Below are positions 63,836 to 64,000 of a DNA stretch of 64,000 bases, in pieces. The stretch lies in assembly GCF_032444005.1 (NCBI RefSeq), contig NC_091286.1, positions 34,844,001 to 34,908,000 of the forward strand. Direction: 5' to 3'. The first letter of the stretch is position 1; each line of letters begins with the position of its first letter. The position numbers and the translations under genes were made by a program. Under the pieces are notes generated by a model, which searched no databases, was not told where the DNA came from, and saw nothing but the letters and a program-made list of their open reading frames with translations. This DNA is from Ranitomeya imitator (Eukaryota).

Positions 63836-64000
63836 GTTATATGTTTAGAAAAGTAGTTCTACAATATCTGCAGTAAGTGGAGTTTTTTTTTTTAACCCTG
63901 CATTACAGTCCCTACAATTGTTCTCAAATCTGTATACCGGTAAGAAGTAATAACGATGGGTAGGGGACTGATGCAGAGAACCCCTCATTATTGCCAGGAC

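Overview
Vertebrate genomic DNA, very probably an anuran (frog), judged from gene order and the repeat landscape. It is not prokaryotic, and I see no CRISPR, rRNA or genuine tRNA genes. Four genes were reconstructed by hand from splice sites, exon phases and recalled similarity to the human proteins. They lie in the conserved order FLVCR1(-) / SPATA45(+) / TATDN3(-) / NSL1(+): FLVCR1 exons 1-3 (the gene runs off the left edge), SPATA45 main exon, complete 10-exon TATDN3 (273 aa), and NSL1 exons 1-3 (runs off the right edge, head-to-head with TATDN3). The rest is dense with transposons (hAT, Harbinger-like and TTAA-type MITEs, a non-autonomous Gypsy element, a solo LTR, a young CR1 LINE, L2 and Tc1 fragments, a V-SINE, a Helitron) and minisatellites, which explain nearly all long ORFs in the supplied track. 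The most notable observations: (1) a ~2 kb minisatellite built from the FLVCR1 exon1/intron1 junction, giving an array of in-frame decoy 5' splice sites; (2) a solo LTR inserted inside the TATDN3 exon 9 splice donor, duplicating it; (3) an NSL1 with a ~220-aa N-terminal extension that starts with an HMGN-like RRSxRL motif; (4) an apparent frameshift at the SPATA45 N-terminus; (5) a 5.9 kb Foldback-like hAT element next to the FLVCR1 promoter. No database searches were run. Protein comparisons are from memory and copy numbers are approximate.
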